From Candidatus Bathyarchaeota archaeon (GTDB lineage Archaea > Thermoproteota > Bathyarchaeia > Bathyarchaeales > Bathycorpusculaceae), in the NCBI GenBank assembly GCA_963828195.1, contig CAWHDT010000005.1, positions 32,001-96,000 of the forward strand: 64,000 bases of DNA. Reading direction: 5' to 3'. Each line of letters opens with the position of its first letter. The first letter of the stretch is position 1. Positions 1 to 10,548 of the stretch are shown in pieces. The notes below the pieces were generated by a model. That model searched no databases. It was given only the letters and a program-made list of their open reading frames with translations, and was not told the DNA's origin. Both the position numbers and the translations under genes were made by a program.

Positions 1-26
1 GCAAAGGTCCGCTTCCGCTTTCCTTT

Positions 27-1511
27 ATGAGAAAAACAGTTTATCCCCCAGTGGAACGCAAGCCTAACGGCCAAGCAAGATTTGCACCTTATGGCTTGCG
101 GAAAGTAGAAGCTATATTGCTGGAAAACGGTTTTACAGAAAAAGATGTGGCTGTGGTTCACCCTGAAGACCTTGAAGACTTCATCGGGTCAGAAACCAAA
201 GTGGTGGGAATTTCTTCAATGGATCCAACAGGCATGGGTTACGTAAGCAAGACCTACTCGTCGATAATCGGCGGCGGAGAACCCATGAACGCAGTAGAAT
301 TCCAAAAACTCGTTACTCACCCCAGCATCAAAAAGTTTAAGCCAAAAATCATCGTCGGCGGATTCGGCTCTTGGCAGCTTGAACGCAACAAAGTGTCTGA
401 AAGCTACGGCGTAGATTGCGTGCTTATAGGCGGAAGACCAGAGCCGATAGTTCAGGTTTTCAAGAAGGCAGTAAACGGAGAAGCTCTTCCCCGCATTGTT
501 AAGGCCGATGAATCAATCAGCAACTGGGATTACAACGCTATAATGCCTTTGACCAAACATGCCGGAATCCACGGAGCTGTAGAAATTTCAAAAGGTTGCG
601 GAAGAAACTGCCAATTTTGCACGCCTACCATGCAGCATAAAGTTGATGTGCCGCTTGAAAAAATTATGAAGGAAGTTGCGTTATCTACCGCAGAAGGCAG
701 CGACCACATAACATTGGTCACTGAGGACCTGTTCTTGTATGGTTCTAAAGATCAAAGGTTCGTTCCAAACAAGGATGCCGTGGTTAAACTCGTGAAAAGC
801 GTTGCTGAGTACCCAGGCGTTAAAAGCATTCAAGCGTCTCACATGTCGTTGGCGCCAGCGGTTCATAATCCTCAAATGGTGAAGGAACTCGCAGAAATAC
901 TGATTGATCGAAGCTGGTATTCTTTTGATAAAAAGGCGATAATTACGGCGGAAACAGGAATTGAAACTGGCAGCCCAAGATTGATGAAGAAATATATGGC
1001 TGGTAAAATGTTGCCTTTTAAGCCTGAGCAGTGGCAGGAAATTGTCGAGACCGCCTTTGGCATATTTAACGACAACGACTGGTATCCGCTTGCAACATTG
1101 ATTGTGGGTCTCCCAGACGAGAAAGAAGAAGATGTGCTGCAGACGATTGAGTTAATGGATAAACTAAAGGATTATAACGCGTTCTACGTTCCCTTGTTCT
1201 TTGTTCCACTTGAGAATTGTGTGCTTATGAACAAGAAAGGCGCTGAAATGGATTCGCTTTCAAAAGCGCGTTGGGATTTCTTCATAAAATGCTGGGAATA
1301 CAACATTAAAATTTGGAAGCCGACTTTCCTTGAAAACCGTTTCTCCAACCCAATCCTGTACAAAGCAGTGAACCAAATTGTTATTCCATATGCTGGCAGA
1401 ATCGCAGGCTTCTACTATGGTTGGACACGCGGCGAACAACTAAAACAAGCTTTCTGGACGCTAAGCATGTCTCAGCCAGCATCAGTTAAAGAAAAACAAA
1501 AATCAATCTGA
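27..1511 (+). CDS. B12-binding radical SAM protein (5' end probably outside the window)
   Basis: CxxxCxxC (CGRNCQFC); N-terminal APYGLRKVEA / IIVGG cobalamin-binding-like region; frame is open back to the window start. Confidence 0.85.
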   Translation: MRKTVYPPVERKPNGQARFAPYGLRKVEAILLENGFTEKDVAVVHPEDLEDFIGSETKVVGISSMDPTGMGYVSKTYSSIIGGGEPMNAVEFQKLVTHPSIKKFKPKIIVGGFGSWQLERNKVSESYGVDCVLIGGRPEPIVQVFKKAVNGEALPRIVKADESISNWDYNAIMPLTKHAGIHGAVEISKGCGRNCQFCTPTMQHKVDVPLEKIMKEVALSTAEGSDHITLVTEDLFLYGSKDQRFVPNKDAVVKLVKSVAEYPGVKSIQASHMSLAPAVHNPQMVKELAEILIDRSWYSFDKKAIITAETGIETGSPRLMKKYMAGKMLPFKPEQWQEIVETAFGIFNDNDWYPLATLIVGLPDEKEEDVLQTIELMDKLKDYNAFYVPLFFVPLENCVLMNKKGAEMDSLSKARWDFFIKCWEYNIKIWKPTFLENRFSNPILYKAVNQIVIPYAGRIAGFYYGWTRGEQLKQAFWTLSMSQPASVKEKQKSI

Positions 1512-2384
1512 TTCAGAGACTTCTTCCACAGTCTCCTGCATTTCCTCCGTTTCAAGCGGTTGCTCTGCAGCTGCTTCGAGCGCCGGCTCGGCGGCTAGTT
1601 GCTGCGGGAGCTTGAGGATTTTTCTTGCATGCGTAATGTACCCTGTGTGCCCAGTCATCAGTGTTTGAGGTCTGGTTTTTCCTCTTTCAACCTGCATTGC
1701 CCGCATCATGCACTCGATGGTTTCTATGAACACGAACCCGTTTTCTCTGAGCGCTTCCGTTGTTTTTACAACTTGGTCAATAGTGGGGCTAAACGAAACA
1801 ATAATGCCTGAAGGCCGAAGCGCTTCATAAGCATGTGGAACCACAAGCCACGGAACAGCCAAATCCAAAATAACCGCGTCAACGTCTCGCTCTTCGATTC
1901 CTAACGTGACATCTCCGTTTTTCATTTCAACGTGATCGATGAGTTTTGAGCGTTCGAGGTTTTTGGCCGCGTTTTTTTGGAATTCGCTGCGCAACTCGTA
2001 AGTGTAAACTTTGCCTGTTGGTCCAACGTAGTGCGCGAGGGCTGTTGTTAATGAGCCTGTTCCCGTGCCTGACTCGACCACTCTGCTTCCCGGTCCGATT
2101 CCGCTGAACATAACAATTAAGGCGGCGTCTTTGGGGTAGATGATTTGTGTGTTACGTGAAGACTTCATAATGTAGTCTGTTAAGGCTGGTTTGAGGGTGG
2201 TGAAGTAGATGCCAAGGCTGCTTTTGATGGGTTCCCCATAGTCTTTACCGATTAACTCATCAAGCTTCAAGTAGCCCTTATGCGTGTGGAATGTTTGCCC
2301 AGCCTGCATTTTTATCATGTAGGTTCTGCGTGCATCAAGGTAAATGAGCACGTAGTCGCCCTCGCTTATTTTTTGGTTAGCCAA
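1503..2384 (-). CDS. trmI: tRNA (adenine-57/58-N1)-methyltransferase
   Basis: TQIIYPKD, ESGTGTGSLT SAM motif, ILDLAVPW, HTGYI; likely TTG start at 2384 (ORF track extends to 2465). Confidence 0.92.
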   Translation of the reverse strand: MANQKISEGDYVLIYLDARRTYMIKMQAGQTFHTHKGYLKLDELIGKDYGEPIKSSLGIYFTTLKPALTDYIMKSSRNTQIIYPKDAALIVMFSGIGPGSRVVESGTGTGSLTTALAHYVGPTGKVYTYELRSEFQKNAAKNLERSKLIDHVEMKNGDVTLGIEERDVDAVILDLAVPWLVVPHAYEALRPSGIIVSFSPTIDQVVKTTEALRENGFVFIETIECMMRAMQVERGKTRPQTLMTGHTGYITHARKILKLPQQLAAEPALEAAAEQPLETEEMQETVEEVSESD

Positions 2385-2492
2385 TGTTTTGCCTCTTTTG
2401 GAAGTGAAAATGCAGTTTGTCACATTTAAGCTTTGAACCATAGAAAACCGAATTGACATTTTCATAAACGTTATAAACGAAGAAAGTTAAAG

Positions 2493-2894
2493 ATGCATTT
2501 ACAAGGGATTTATTGTTTGTTTATCGCCGGCAAGCCTTCAATACTTATTGTTGATGATGATATAGCTATTTTACATACTTTTACCAAAATTTTTCAAAGA
2601 AAAGGTTACTCGGTAACTGTAGCTATAAAAGGCAAAGAAGCCGCAGAAAAACTAAGCATCAGCCAATACGACGTAGCGTTGATTGATCTGTCACTTCCGG
2701 ATATGGAAGGCAACGCTCTTTTTCCATTAATAAAAAATTCATCGCCTCAGACCCTGAGGATTATGCTTACGGGTAAAACATGGTTACAAAGCAGCATCAG
2801 GGATGCAGATGCTTTTGTTGGAAAACCAGTTAATCCCGAAAAACTTCTGAGCATTATTGATACTAAATTAAAAGATCGAGACGCCCAAATATAA
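2493..2894 (+). CDS. Single-domain response regulator (REC)
   Basis: ILIVDDD, LIDLSLPD phospho-Asp, MLTG, KP; no output domain. Confidence 0.9.
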   Translation: MHLQGIYCLFIAGKPSILIVDDDIAILHTFTKIFQRKGYSVTVAIKGKEAAEKLSISQYDVALIDLSLPDMEGNALFPLIKNSSPQTLRIMLTGKTWLQSSIRDADAFVGKPVNPEKLLSIIDTKLKDRDAQI

Positions 2895-3093
2895 TCGTAG
2901 ACAAAACTTTGTTTTCCTTGTAAAAAATATTGACGTCGGTTGAAAATTTGCGGGTTAATTTTCAATTAATGAAGCCTTTTTAGGATCCTCTTCATGAGTC
3001 TATTCAAATCATTTAGCAGACCGAGCGGGTACACTGTGAGAGAGCACGACGGCGCAGAAAGCGGAAAAAAGTGAAAAGCAGGTTTTAGCTTTT

Positions 3094-4752
3094 CTAGCTT
3101 AAAATAACTATGTTCGGGGGTTTTCTTCTATGCATAACCAATCCGATTACTACGGCTCCGAGGATGACGGCGGCAGCTACAACTGCAAGATATTGACCCA
3201 TCGTTGCCAAAGAAAACGTCGGGGCGGCTGTGGGCGCTTGAGCTTTCGAGATAGGGGTGTTCGTTGGTGCTGCGCTTGGTATTGACGCTTGGGTTGGTTC
3301 AGGTGCAGGTGTAGGGGAAGCGGTTGACGTTGGAGCTGGTGTCGGCGTGGAAGTTGGAGCGGGAGCAGGAGTTGCAGCAGGAGTCGGCGTGGGTGTTGCC
3401 TGAGGGTTTTGTGTAAAGGTTGCGGTTATCGTCTGATTAGAATTCATGGTCACTTGGGTCGTTAGACTTGTAACGTTGTTGCTCCACCCTTCAAAGCTCC
3501 AGCCGCTGGCGCTTGTCGCGGTCAAATTAAGTAAAGTTCCGTACGAGGAGGTTTCGTTGCCTGGAGCTACTGTGCCTTGGCCGACTGTGATTACCGTTAG
3601 CACGTAGCTGTTTTGGGCGTAAGTTGCGGTGATTGTGTGATTAGCTTGAACATTGGTGAAGCCCACAGTTTGACCCGAAGAAGAAGTGACCAGTACTGGG
3701 TCGGAGTCAGTTGTTATGCTTGCGATGGAGTAGCCGGTCGCAGGCGTGATGCTGAAGCTTGGAGTTGCACTATAATTAACAGGGCTTGAACCCGGAGAAA
3801 TAAGACCGTTCGCAGTCTGAGTAACCGTGATGGTGAGTTGATTTACAGTAAGCGTCGCAGCTGAAGACGGAATCGAAGTTGCACTTAAACTGTCAGTAAC
3901 TGTGGCTGTAATCGAGAAAGTACCTGAAGAATCAGGAGAATAACTGAATGTTGACGAAGTTTGATCGGACTGCGCAGACCCATTCACGTACCATTGATAA
4001 TATGCATATGACTCTGAACCGCCGCTGGGTGTAGCTGAAAACGTTTGGGACTGGCCGGTATCCATTGTACACGAGGTAGGCGAGACATTAACAGACGGGG
4101 CAGAATTCACCGTAACCAAAAATGGTGCTGAAGTAACCACAACAGGGGAAGTGGCACTGTCAGTCACTTGAAGCTCAAAACTCCAAGGACCTGAGGCAGT
4201 GGTGCCGTCAGTTGCGAAGTTATAACTCGCAGAATTCTGATTAGTAATCGCTAAGAAACTTGAATCGCTCGGGCTTTCCTGCAGCCACTGGTAAGAGTAC
4301 GGACCAGTGCCTGTTGTGACAGGGGTGGAAGTCAAATCTGAAGTTTGAGACTGATCGATCACATTTAAATTGGTAGAAACGGTTGGAGCAACAAGAGCAG
4401 AGTTGACTGTTACTGTGACGGTCGGGTTTGAAGTTGCAGTTAATGAGTTCGCGTCTGTGAATGTTACGTAAATGCCAGTGTCTGCGCTTGAAGTGATATA
4501 AGTAGCAGTGTCACCTGTCCCTGACGCACCCGGTATGAGACCCGCCTCATCAGACCATTGCCACGTAATTGGTTCAGTTCCTCCAGTAACTGTAGATGAT
4601 AATGTTGCTGACTGACCGTTGTCTATAGTTGCAGAAGAAGGCTCCACAGATATCGAAGGCTGAGGCGGATCAGCTTTGGTTTCTTTACTCGCAAATGCGC
4701 AGATTGATAACGTAACTAGAAATACGATTATTAGGATTTGTAGTTTCTTCAT
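3094..4752 (-). CDS. Secreted surface protein with Ig/PKD-like and InlB-B-like repeats, Pro/Thr linker and C-terminal membrane anchor
   Basis: Signal peptide, repeated YQW beta-sandwich units, GWSFEGWS, (PT)n stalk, TM helix followed by RRK. Confidence 0.8.
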   Translation of the reverse strand: MKKLQILIIVFLVTLSICAFASKETKADPPQPSISVEPSSATIDNGQSATLSSTVTGGTEPITWQWSDEAGLIPGASGTGDTATYITSSADTGIYVTFTDANSLTATSNPTVTVTVNSALVAPTVSTNLNVIDQSQTSDLTSTPVTTGTGPYSYQWLQESPSDSSFLAITNQNSASYNFATDGTTASGPWSFELQVTDSATSPVVVTSAPFLVTVNSAPSVNVSPTSCTMDTGQSQTFSATPSGGSESYAYYQWYVNGSAQSDQTSSTFSYSPDSSGTFSITATVTDSLSATSIPSSAATLTVNQLTITVTQTANGLISPGSSPVNYSATPSFSITPATGYSIASITTDSDPVLVTSSSGQTVGFTNVQANHTITATYAQNSYVLTVITVGQGTVAPGNETSSYGTLLNLTATSASGWSFEGWSNNVTSLTTQVTMNSNQTITATFTQNPQATPTPTPAATPAPAPTSTPTPAPTSTASPTPAPEPTQASIPSAAPTNTPISKAQAPTAAPTFSLATMGQYLAVVAAAVILGAVVIGLVMHRRKPPNIVILS

Positions 4753-4986
4753 GTTTCATCCTCACGTTTCTTATTGTCCAATACTCAAACTCCTACCTGC
4801 GGTAGGACTATTGCTTGGATTATGAGGGCTTAACATTTGGGCTTTATGAATTTAGAGACAATATTTCCAATCAACAGAGCTTCCGCAGAGAATTTTTCAA
4901 CAAAAGTCTGTTGGAAGGTAATTAATGAAGAATAACTGATTTTGATTAGGACACAAAAAATAAAAAAAATGGAGTGTTGTTGGGTT

Positions 4987-5658
4987 TTATACTGGCGTCG
5001 GTGTGTATGGCTGGGGAGCCATTGTTGCTGGCGGTTGTTCTGGCTGAGGTTTTATTTGGAAGAAGGCAATTGCAATCAGCAGTACTGCGACCCACATTAG
5101 GATGGCGCCTATGCCGAAGGCTATCAGTAGAAATGCGCCTATGAGTAGCAGTAGAGAACCGGTTGAGAAAAGGCCTATGCTTGTTTTTGATGAAAGGGTT
5201 TTGAGTGATCGTCTGGCGAAGAAAGCTGCAACTATGGCGAAAACCCATAGAATCAATATGACTAAAAATATTGCCCCTAATGCTGATGTAAGATCGCCCA
5301 TGGGTATATTTGAAGTGTTTCGAGGCATACTACCTAATGATGAAATTGTTGACCAGCTGCCATTCCATGTTGGATAAATATCTTTAATCAGGTTTGTAAC
5401 TAAGGTTGTGTCAAAAATTATGTAGAGCGCCGCCGAAGCCGCCGCCACTACGCCCACTATGCCGAAGACGAGACTGTAGATTGCGTTAGTGAATATGCCT
5501 CTTTCTTTATAATAGTCCGCTAAACCGTTCAATGCGACGAAAACCAGTATTACGCCAATAAGGTCAAGAACGCCAAAAGTATAAGCGGTAGCAATTGAGC
5601 CTATTAAGATTAGTATTGCGCCTATGCCGCCCAAAGTCTTGCTTGATTCCAAATTCAA
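4987..5658 (-). CDS. DUF996-like membrane protein
   Basis: KTLGGIGAIL N-terminus, GL..LADYY, multiple TM helices, IAFF. Confidence 0.75.
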   Translation of the reverse strand: MNLESSKTLGGIGAILILIGSIATAYTFGVLDLIGVILVFVALNGLADYYKERGIFTNAIYSLVFGIVGVVAAASAALYIIFDTTLVTNLIKDIYPTWNGSWSTISSLGSMPRNTSNIPMGDLTSALGAIFLVILILWVFAIVAAFFARRSLKTLSSKTSIGLFSTGSLLLLIGAFLLIAFGIGAILMWVAVLLIAIAFFQIKPQPEQPPATMAPQPYTPTPV

Positions 5659-5792
5659 CGTTTTTCCCTCTGATTTCTTGTCGTCTTTTTTAGAATAAAA
5701 GCTTTTTCATGCCCATTCATACCAGAATCTCAGCGCACTAGTGTGTGAACTTAAAAATCAAATTTTTTGGGATAATAACCCTTAATTTGAAG

Positions 5793-6122
5793 CTAAGTAG
5801 GTTTTTTTTCGCCGCCAAGTTGACCCTGCAGTATCCCATAATAGGTTTGCAAGTAGACTTTGCCGCTTTCCGTTATCGCATAGACTTTGCGGGAACGCCC
5901 AGCCTTTTGCTGTTTTTCGCTTTCCAGAAAGCCCCTTTTTTCAAGAGTGTTCAATGTAGGATAGAGTGCGCCATGCCTTAGTTTTATGTTGAAATCTGCT
6001 TCGACTTGTTTCTTGATTTGGTATCCCCAGGTTGGTTGAGCCTGCACTATTCTTAACAGCTGGATGTCGAGTAGGTTTCTGATTATGTGTTGTACAATTT
6101 CTTTTTTGTAGTTTTCTGACAC
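5793..6122 (-). CDS. PadR-family transcriptional regulator
   Basis: GYQI, GALYPTL..LEKRG, RKVYAITESG. Confidence 0.9.
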   Translation of the reverse strand: MSENYKKEIVQHIIRNLLDIQLLRIVQAQPTWGYQIKKQVEADFNIKLRHGALYPTLNTLEKRGFLESEKQQKAGRSRKVYAITESGKVYLQTYYGILQGQLGGEKKPT

Positions 6123-6281
6123 GTTTTTCTTTTCCTGTGGGGTGCTTATGAATTGTTTGATGGTTGGATTTATTAGTTTATGCTAATTTTGTTTGCGGTC
6201 TTATTGCGTTGGTATGTTTTTGTATGCTTTGTTTATGTATGAAGCTTTATATCAGGGTTTATTAATATTACATACATCAAG

Positions 6282-6303
6282 ATATGTCCGAAATAGGACA
6301 TAT
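6282..6303. promoter_or_regulatory. Palindromic operator between the divergent PadR genes
   Basis: Perfect inverted repeat ATATGTCC-N6-GGACATAT next to the start of the second PadR gene. Confidence 0.5.
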
Positions 6304-6779
6304 TGTATATGCGTCGAACAAAACAACAGTTGGGAGAAAAAGAAAAAATGTTAAAAGCTTTAAACTCGCAAAAAGAGGTCTCAGCTAAACTAACAAAAGG
6401 TTTACTGGACCTGATAATACTGCAGTTCGTAAGCACACAGCCCATGCATGGATACCAAATAATCACGAAAATCCGCAAAAACTTCGGCGTGTATTTCGGC
6501 CCAAGCACAGTTTATCCGTTGCTGAACCTGCTTGAAAAGAAAGGTTTCTTAAAAAGTGAATGGAACATGAATTCTGATAGACCCAGAAAAATTTACAGCC
6601 TAACAGACGATGGGCAGAACATGCTGAGTTTCACTGAAGATTCCTTAAACCTGATTTGCCGAAAAATGGGGTCACAAATGAACGCAGAGCCTATGGAGCG
6701 ATCTGTCTCAGAAGGTACCATGATAGCTAGGAAGGGTCTAAGCTCAGAGTCAAGCCACTTGGCAGTGTCAATGCACTAG
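6303..6779 (+). CDS. PadR-family transcriptional regulator
   Basis: PMHGYQII, PSTVYPLL..LEKKG, RPRKIYSLT; exact start uncertain. Confidence 0.9.
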   Translation: MYMRRTKQQLGEKEKMLKALNSQKEVSAKLTKGLLDLIILQFVSTQPMHGYQIITKIRKNFGVYFGPSTVYPLLNLLEKKGFLKSEWNMNSDRPRKIYSLTDDGQNMLSFTEDSLNLICRKMGSQMNAEPMERSVSEGTMIARKGLSSESSHLAVSMH

Positions 6780-6905
6780 CAAAAAAATGTGTTCTGCAGG
6801 AAAGAGCGTTTATCTATTTGGTATTTGACCAAAAAATTGGTTGACCAAGTATTAATAAACGTGTTTTAAATATATCCCTCGCTAGTTCTATAGTGGCAGA
6901 CTCAT

Positions 6906-8639
6906 TTGAAACAAATTAGCAACGTTGCAGCCGAAGAATTGAACAATCAAATATTGGAGTTTTGTAGGCACGCCGCCGGTTCAGCAAGCGTTACCGCAGT
7001 AACCTACGTTGACAATTACGCAAACAAAACAATCAATGAAAAAACGATAGTTGACGCAATGGTTATCATCAAGAATTTTCAACCCAGAATAATGAGGTAC
7101 ATAAAAACCTTCAATGAACAAACCATCTTTGTCCTCGCGGTGGACCAATGGATTTTCGAGCGGGACATCGAAATAGGCCTCCTCGGAGAAGCCATCGCGA
7201 GCAAACTTATTTTCCCCCATAGTCCCCTTTGCGGAGAAGACTATTTCCAGGGTAAAGAAGTGTCTTTAAAAAAACGTTTGATTTTGGAGTTACTTCAGAA
7301 TTTGGCTTCCAGTTTTCCAGAGCTTACAGAGCGTTTTCAAATTAAACCGCAGTATTTCATGTACGAGGTGCTTCTGAATAGAATCCGCGTTTTCCCTTTA
7401 CTTGCCTACGACGCCGCAGACTTAGTTAACGGTCTTATGTCAAATGAAGATGTAAGCCTGCGCAGCTACATTATAGCTTTAAGGCAGCTTGAAGCTGAAA
7501 AGAAAATTTATTTCTTAAATGGCTACGTGAAAATGTCCAAGCATTTTTTGGTTGAATGCCAAGATCCAAGAATTAAACTGGTTAACCTCTCAAAAAACGC
7601 TCCGCGGACAATTTTTACATCGTTGTTCGGGACTTTTCCACAGTTAATCAATATTGTTTCCCAAAACACTGAGGCTTTTTTGAAGTCTCAAAAGATCAAT
7701 TGGCGAAAAGTTCCTGATTCACCCTACGGACTTATTGATACCCAAAAATACGTTTTCTTCGAAACTTCAGAAGGCTTAGTTTCGTTATCTGACAAAATCG
7801 ACATCAAAGGTTACGTTCAGAGCATGCTTTTGAATGGTCGAAGCGAAGACATCCAGATTGAACCGATCGGCGGCATGCTCAACGACGTTTACCTGATAAA
7901 TGTTCATGGAGACGACGGCGAAAGGAAGGTTATAGCTAAGCGTTTCAAAGATTGGTCGGGGTTCAAATGGTTTCCGTTAACGGTGTGGTCTCTTGGGGCA
8001 AGACCCCTCGCAATTACAGCCCAGGCGCGGCTTGCTAAGGAATGCGCAATTAACGGTTTTTTGTATAGTAAGGGCTTTTTTGTCCCGAAGATTTTGCGAG
8101 TAAGCAATGCCGAGCGCTTAATTTTCATGGAGTTCATTGAGGGCGAGAGCCTCAGCCAAGCTATCAAACGCATAGATGCCTCTTCAGAAAAAGAAACATC
8201 TGGAAACGAACTCAAAACAGAAACATTTGAGAAAGAACTCAAACTGTTAGAAGCTGCCGGCGAGTTGATTGCCAAGGTCCACGCGTACAACGTTGTCTTG
8301 GGAGATACCAAGCCGGAGAATATGCTGGTTAAACCAGACGGCACTATCTACATGATTGATTTTGAGCAGGCTTCTCAGGATGTTGACGGCGATAAAGCGT
8401 GGGATGTCGCTGTGTTTCTGTATTACTCAGGGCATTACCTTCAGCCTCTTTACGGCAAAAGCAAAGCTGAATCGATTGCAAAAGCTTTTATCAACGGGTA
8501 CTTGAAGGCTGGCGGAGACGTCGAAGTCATCCGAAAAGCTGGGGCTCCAAAGTACACCCGTGTCTTCGGCATATTCACAATGTGGAATATCATAACAACC
8601 ATCGCGAACGTCTGCAAAAAAACAGAAGCCCTAAAGTGA
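6906..8639 (+). CDS. Nucleotidyltransferase-like N-terminal domain fused to an atypical kinase (Kdo/RIO/Bud32-like)
   Basis: C-terminal GGMLN loop, VIAK, MEFIEG, GDTKPEN, IDFEQ; N-terminal DAMVII and LAVD resemble a degenerate pol-beta NTase. Confidence 0.7.
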   Translation: MKQISNVAAEELNNQILEFCRHAAGSASVTAVTYVDNYANKTINEKTIVDAMVIIKNFQPRIMRYIKTFNEQTIFVLAVDQWIFERDIEIGLLGEAIASKLIFPHSPLCGEDYFQGKEVSLKKRLILELLQNLASSFPELTERFQIKPQYFMYEVLLNRIRVFPLLAYDAADLVNGLMSNEDVSLRSYIIALRQLEAEKKIYFLNGYVKMSKHFLVECQDPRIKLVNLSKNAPRTIFTSLFGTFPQLINIVSQNTEAFLKSQKINWRKVPDSPYGLIDTQKYVFFETSEGLVSLSDKIDIKGYVQSMLLNGRSEDIQIEPIGGMLNDVYLINVHGDDGERKVIAKRFKDWSGFKWFPLTVWSLGARPLAITAQARLAKECAINGFLYSKGFFVPKILRVSNAERLIFMEFIEGESLSQAIKRIDASSEKETSGNELKTETFEKELKLLEAAGELIAKVHAYNVVLGDTKPENMLVKPDGTIYMIDFEQASQDVDGDKAWDVAVFLYYSGHYLQPLYGKSKAESIAKAFINGYLKAGGDVEVIRKAGAPKYTRVFGIFTMWNIITTIANVCKKTEALK

Positions 8640-8645
8640 ATACCC

Positions 8646-9989
8646 ATGGTAAAAGCCCAAACGACACTAACATTCTATGGCGGAGTCAACGAGATCGGCG
8701 GAAACAAAATCCTGCTCCAAGACGGAGACACACGGGTTTTCTTTGATTTCGGCATGTCTTTTACCGCTAAAAAACAGTTTTATTCGCCGCCTTTCCTCTC
8801 GCCTAAAAACGAGCAAAGCCTCCAAGAGCTTGGAATCCTGCCGCAGATCCGCGGAATCTACAGTTTTGACCCCGCTCCGCCTGAAACGGATGCTGTGTTC
8901 CTTTCTCATGGGCATCTGGATCATTCGGCTTATTTGTCGTTTATTAAACGTGAAATTCCCGTGTACTGCGGCGAAACAACCCAAACTATCCTGCGAACGT
9001 TGAGCGACATCCGCCGTGCTGATTTGGAATTCAACGTTGGAGACATCAAATTTAACGTTTTCAGGACTGGTGATAAAATCAAAGTTGACAATTTAGTTGT
9101 TGAGCCGATTCATGTTGACCATTCAATTCCGGGCGCCTACGGCTTTCTGATTCACACTTCAAACGGCACAGTAGTGTACACTGGAGACTTTCGGGATCAC
9201 GGAGCTAAACCCGAGATGACTTATGAGTTTGTGGAGAAAGCCAGGGAGTCTGAGCCTGTTGCGGTCGTGACTGAAGCCACCAACATGACGGGCGCGACGG
9301 TTTCTAACGAAGTGGAAGTTGAGGCGAAACTGGACAGGATTGCGTCACAAGTTGACGGTATCTTGCTTGCGGAATTTGGGTATTCAGATGTTGACCGGCT
9401 CAGCACGTTTTATCGAATGGCTAAGAAGAACAATCGGTGCTTGGCTATTTCGTTCAAACAAGCATATCTGCTGGATGCGCTTCACAAGGACGTGCATTTG
9501 CAGGTTCCCTCGCTGGATGACGAGGGCATAATGATTTTTCGAAAGTCGAAGAAGCGATATGACAAGTGGGAAACCAAGTTGATTGAGCGCTTTGACGGGG
9601 CGGGCAAGATGTTCGATGTGTTCGAGGTTTCGAAGCAGCAGTGCAAGACGGTTTTAGCGGTTAGCTTTTACGATTTTGAAGAACTTAATTCTATTCAGCC
9701 AACGTCGGGAAGCTGCTATGTCCTGTCGGCGTCGGAGCGGTTTAACGAGGAAATGGAAATCGATTACGAACGCTTGGTCAATTGGCTTAGCCATTACGGT
9801 TTGCCGCAGTATCACGTGCACGTTTCGGGGCATATGATGCCGCTACAGCTTAAGGCGGCGCTAAAAAAGATAAATGCCAAACGGATGTTTCCGGTTCACA
9901 CTGAGAACGCTGAGCTGTTTAAGAGGTTTATGGGCGACGCGACGGGTCAAGTGACGCTTGTGGAGAAATCTCGGGAGTACCCGCTTTAG
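8646..9989 (+). CDS. RNase J-like beta-CASP metallo-beta-lactamase
   Basis: GGVNEIGGN, SHGHLDH, VDHS, YTGDFR, HVSGH, PVHTE. Confidence 0.88.
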   Translation: MVKAQTTLTFYGGVNEIGGNKILLQDGDTRVFFDFGMSFTAKKQFYSPPFLSPKNEQSLQELGILPQIRGIYSFDPAPPETDAVFLSHGHLDHSAYLSFIKREIPVYCGETTQTILRTLSDIRRADLEFNVGDIKFNVFRTGDKIKVDNLVVEPIHVDHSIPGAYGFLIHTSNGTVVYTGDFRDHGAKPEMTYEFVEKARESEPVAVVTEATNMTGATVSNEVEVEAKLDRIASQVDGILLAEFGYSDVDRLSTFYRMAKKNNRCLAISFKQAYLLDALHKDVHLQVPSLDDEGIMIFRKSKKRYDKWETKLIERFDGAGKMFDVFEVSKQQCKTVLAVSFYDFEELNSIQPTSGSCYVLSASERFNEEMEIDYERLVNWLSHYGLPQYHVHVSGHMMPLQLKAALKKINAKRMFPVHTENAELFKRFMGDATGQVTLVEKSREYPL

Positions 9990-10043
9990 CTTGGTGCGAG
10001 GGTTTATATCTTATTTTAACCGATTATATGTTGTGGCTTTTTT

Positions 10044-10319
10044 ATGAATGAAGAAATCAGTTTTTACAAGGGTCTCTACAAAGTCAAGATAATGACCAAG
10101 AGTGAAGGCTACTGGATGGTTGAGGCGTTGGAGAATTTTGAGGATTGCGAAGAGGGCGCGGGAATCAAGGTTAAAAAAGGTGAACAGCGCATTGTGCCGC
10201 CGGACACTTTGTTTAGTCAGAAAACGTTGCCGCCGATGGTTAAAGAGCACGAGTATGAACTTAACATGGAGAAGAAGCTTAAACGAATGATTTCCGAGGA
10301 TGAAGCTAAAAAAGAATAG
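10044..10319 (+). CDS. Small hypothetical protein (paralog of 11438..11629)
   Basis: YKGLYKVK..TKSEGYW.VEALE shared with the downstream copy. Confidence 0.65.
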   Translation: MNEEISFYKGLYKVKIMTKSEGYWMVEALENFEDCEEGAGIKVKKGEQRIVPPDTLFSQKTLPPMVKEHEYELNMEKKLKRMISEDEAKKE

Positions 10320-10548
10320 AGCAGATTTTATTGGTTTTATGTAAAAGAAATTATCTTTGTTTTGAGCGTTTAGATATTTCATTACTCAAGCTGTAGGTGG
10401 GGGAGATTTCTCCGCTCCATGCGCAGTCTCGGCGATAAACCATACAGTTCTGACAAATCGTTATAAGATTCAAGTTATTGGATGTCTAAGTTTGTTGAGC
10501 CGCAGTTAGGGCACCGTTTTGGCATAAGTTTCCCCATCCTATCAACGT

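Noticed and set aside
3230-3400. Low-complexity repeats in the surface protein gene
   Set aside because: Ordinary Pro/Thr/Ala linker coding sequence.
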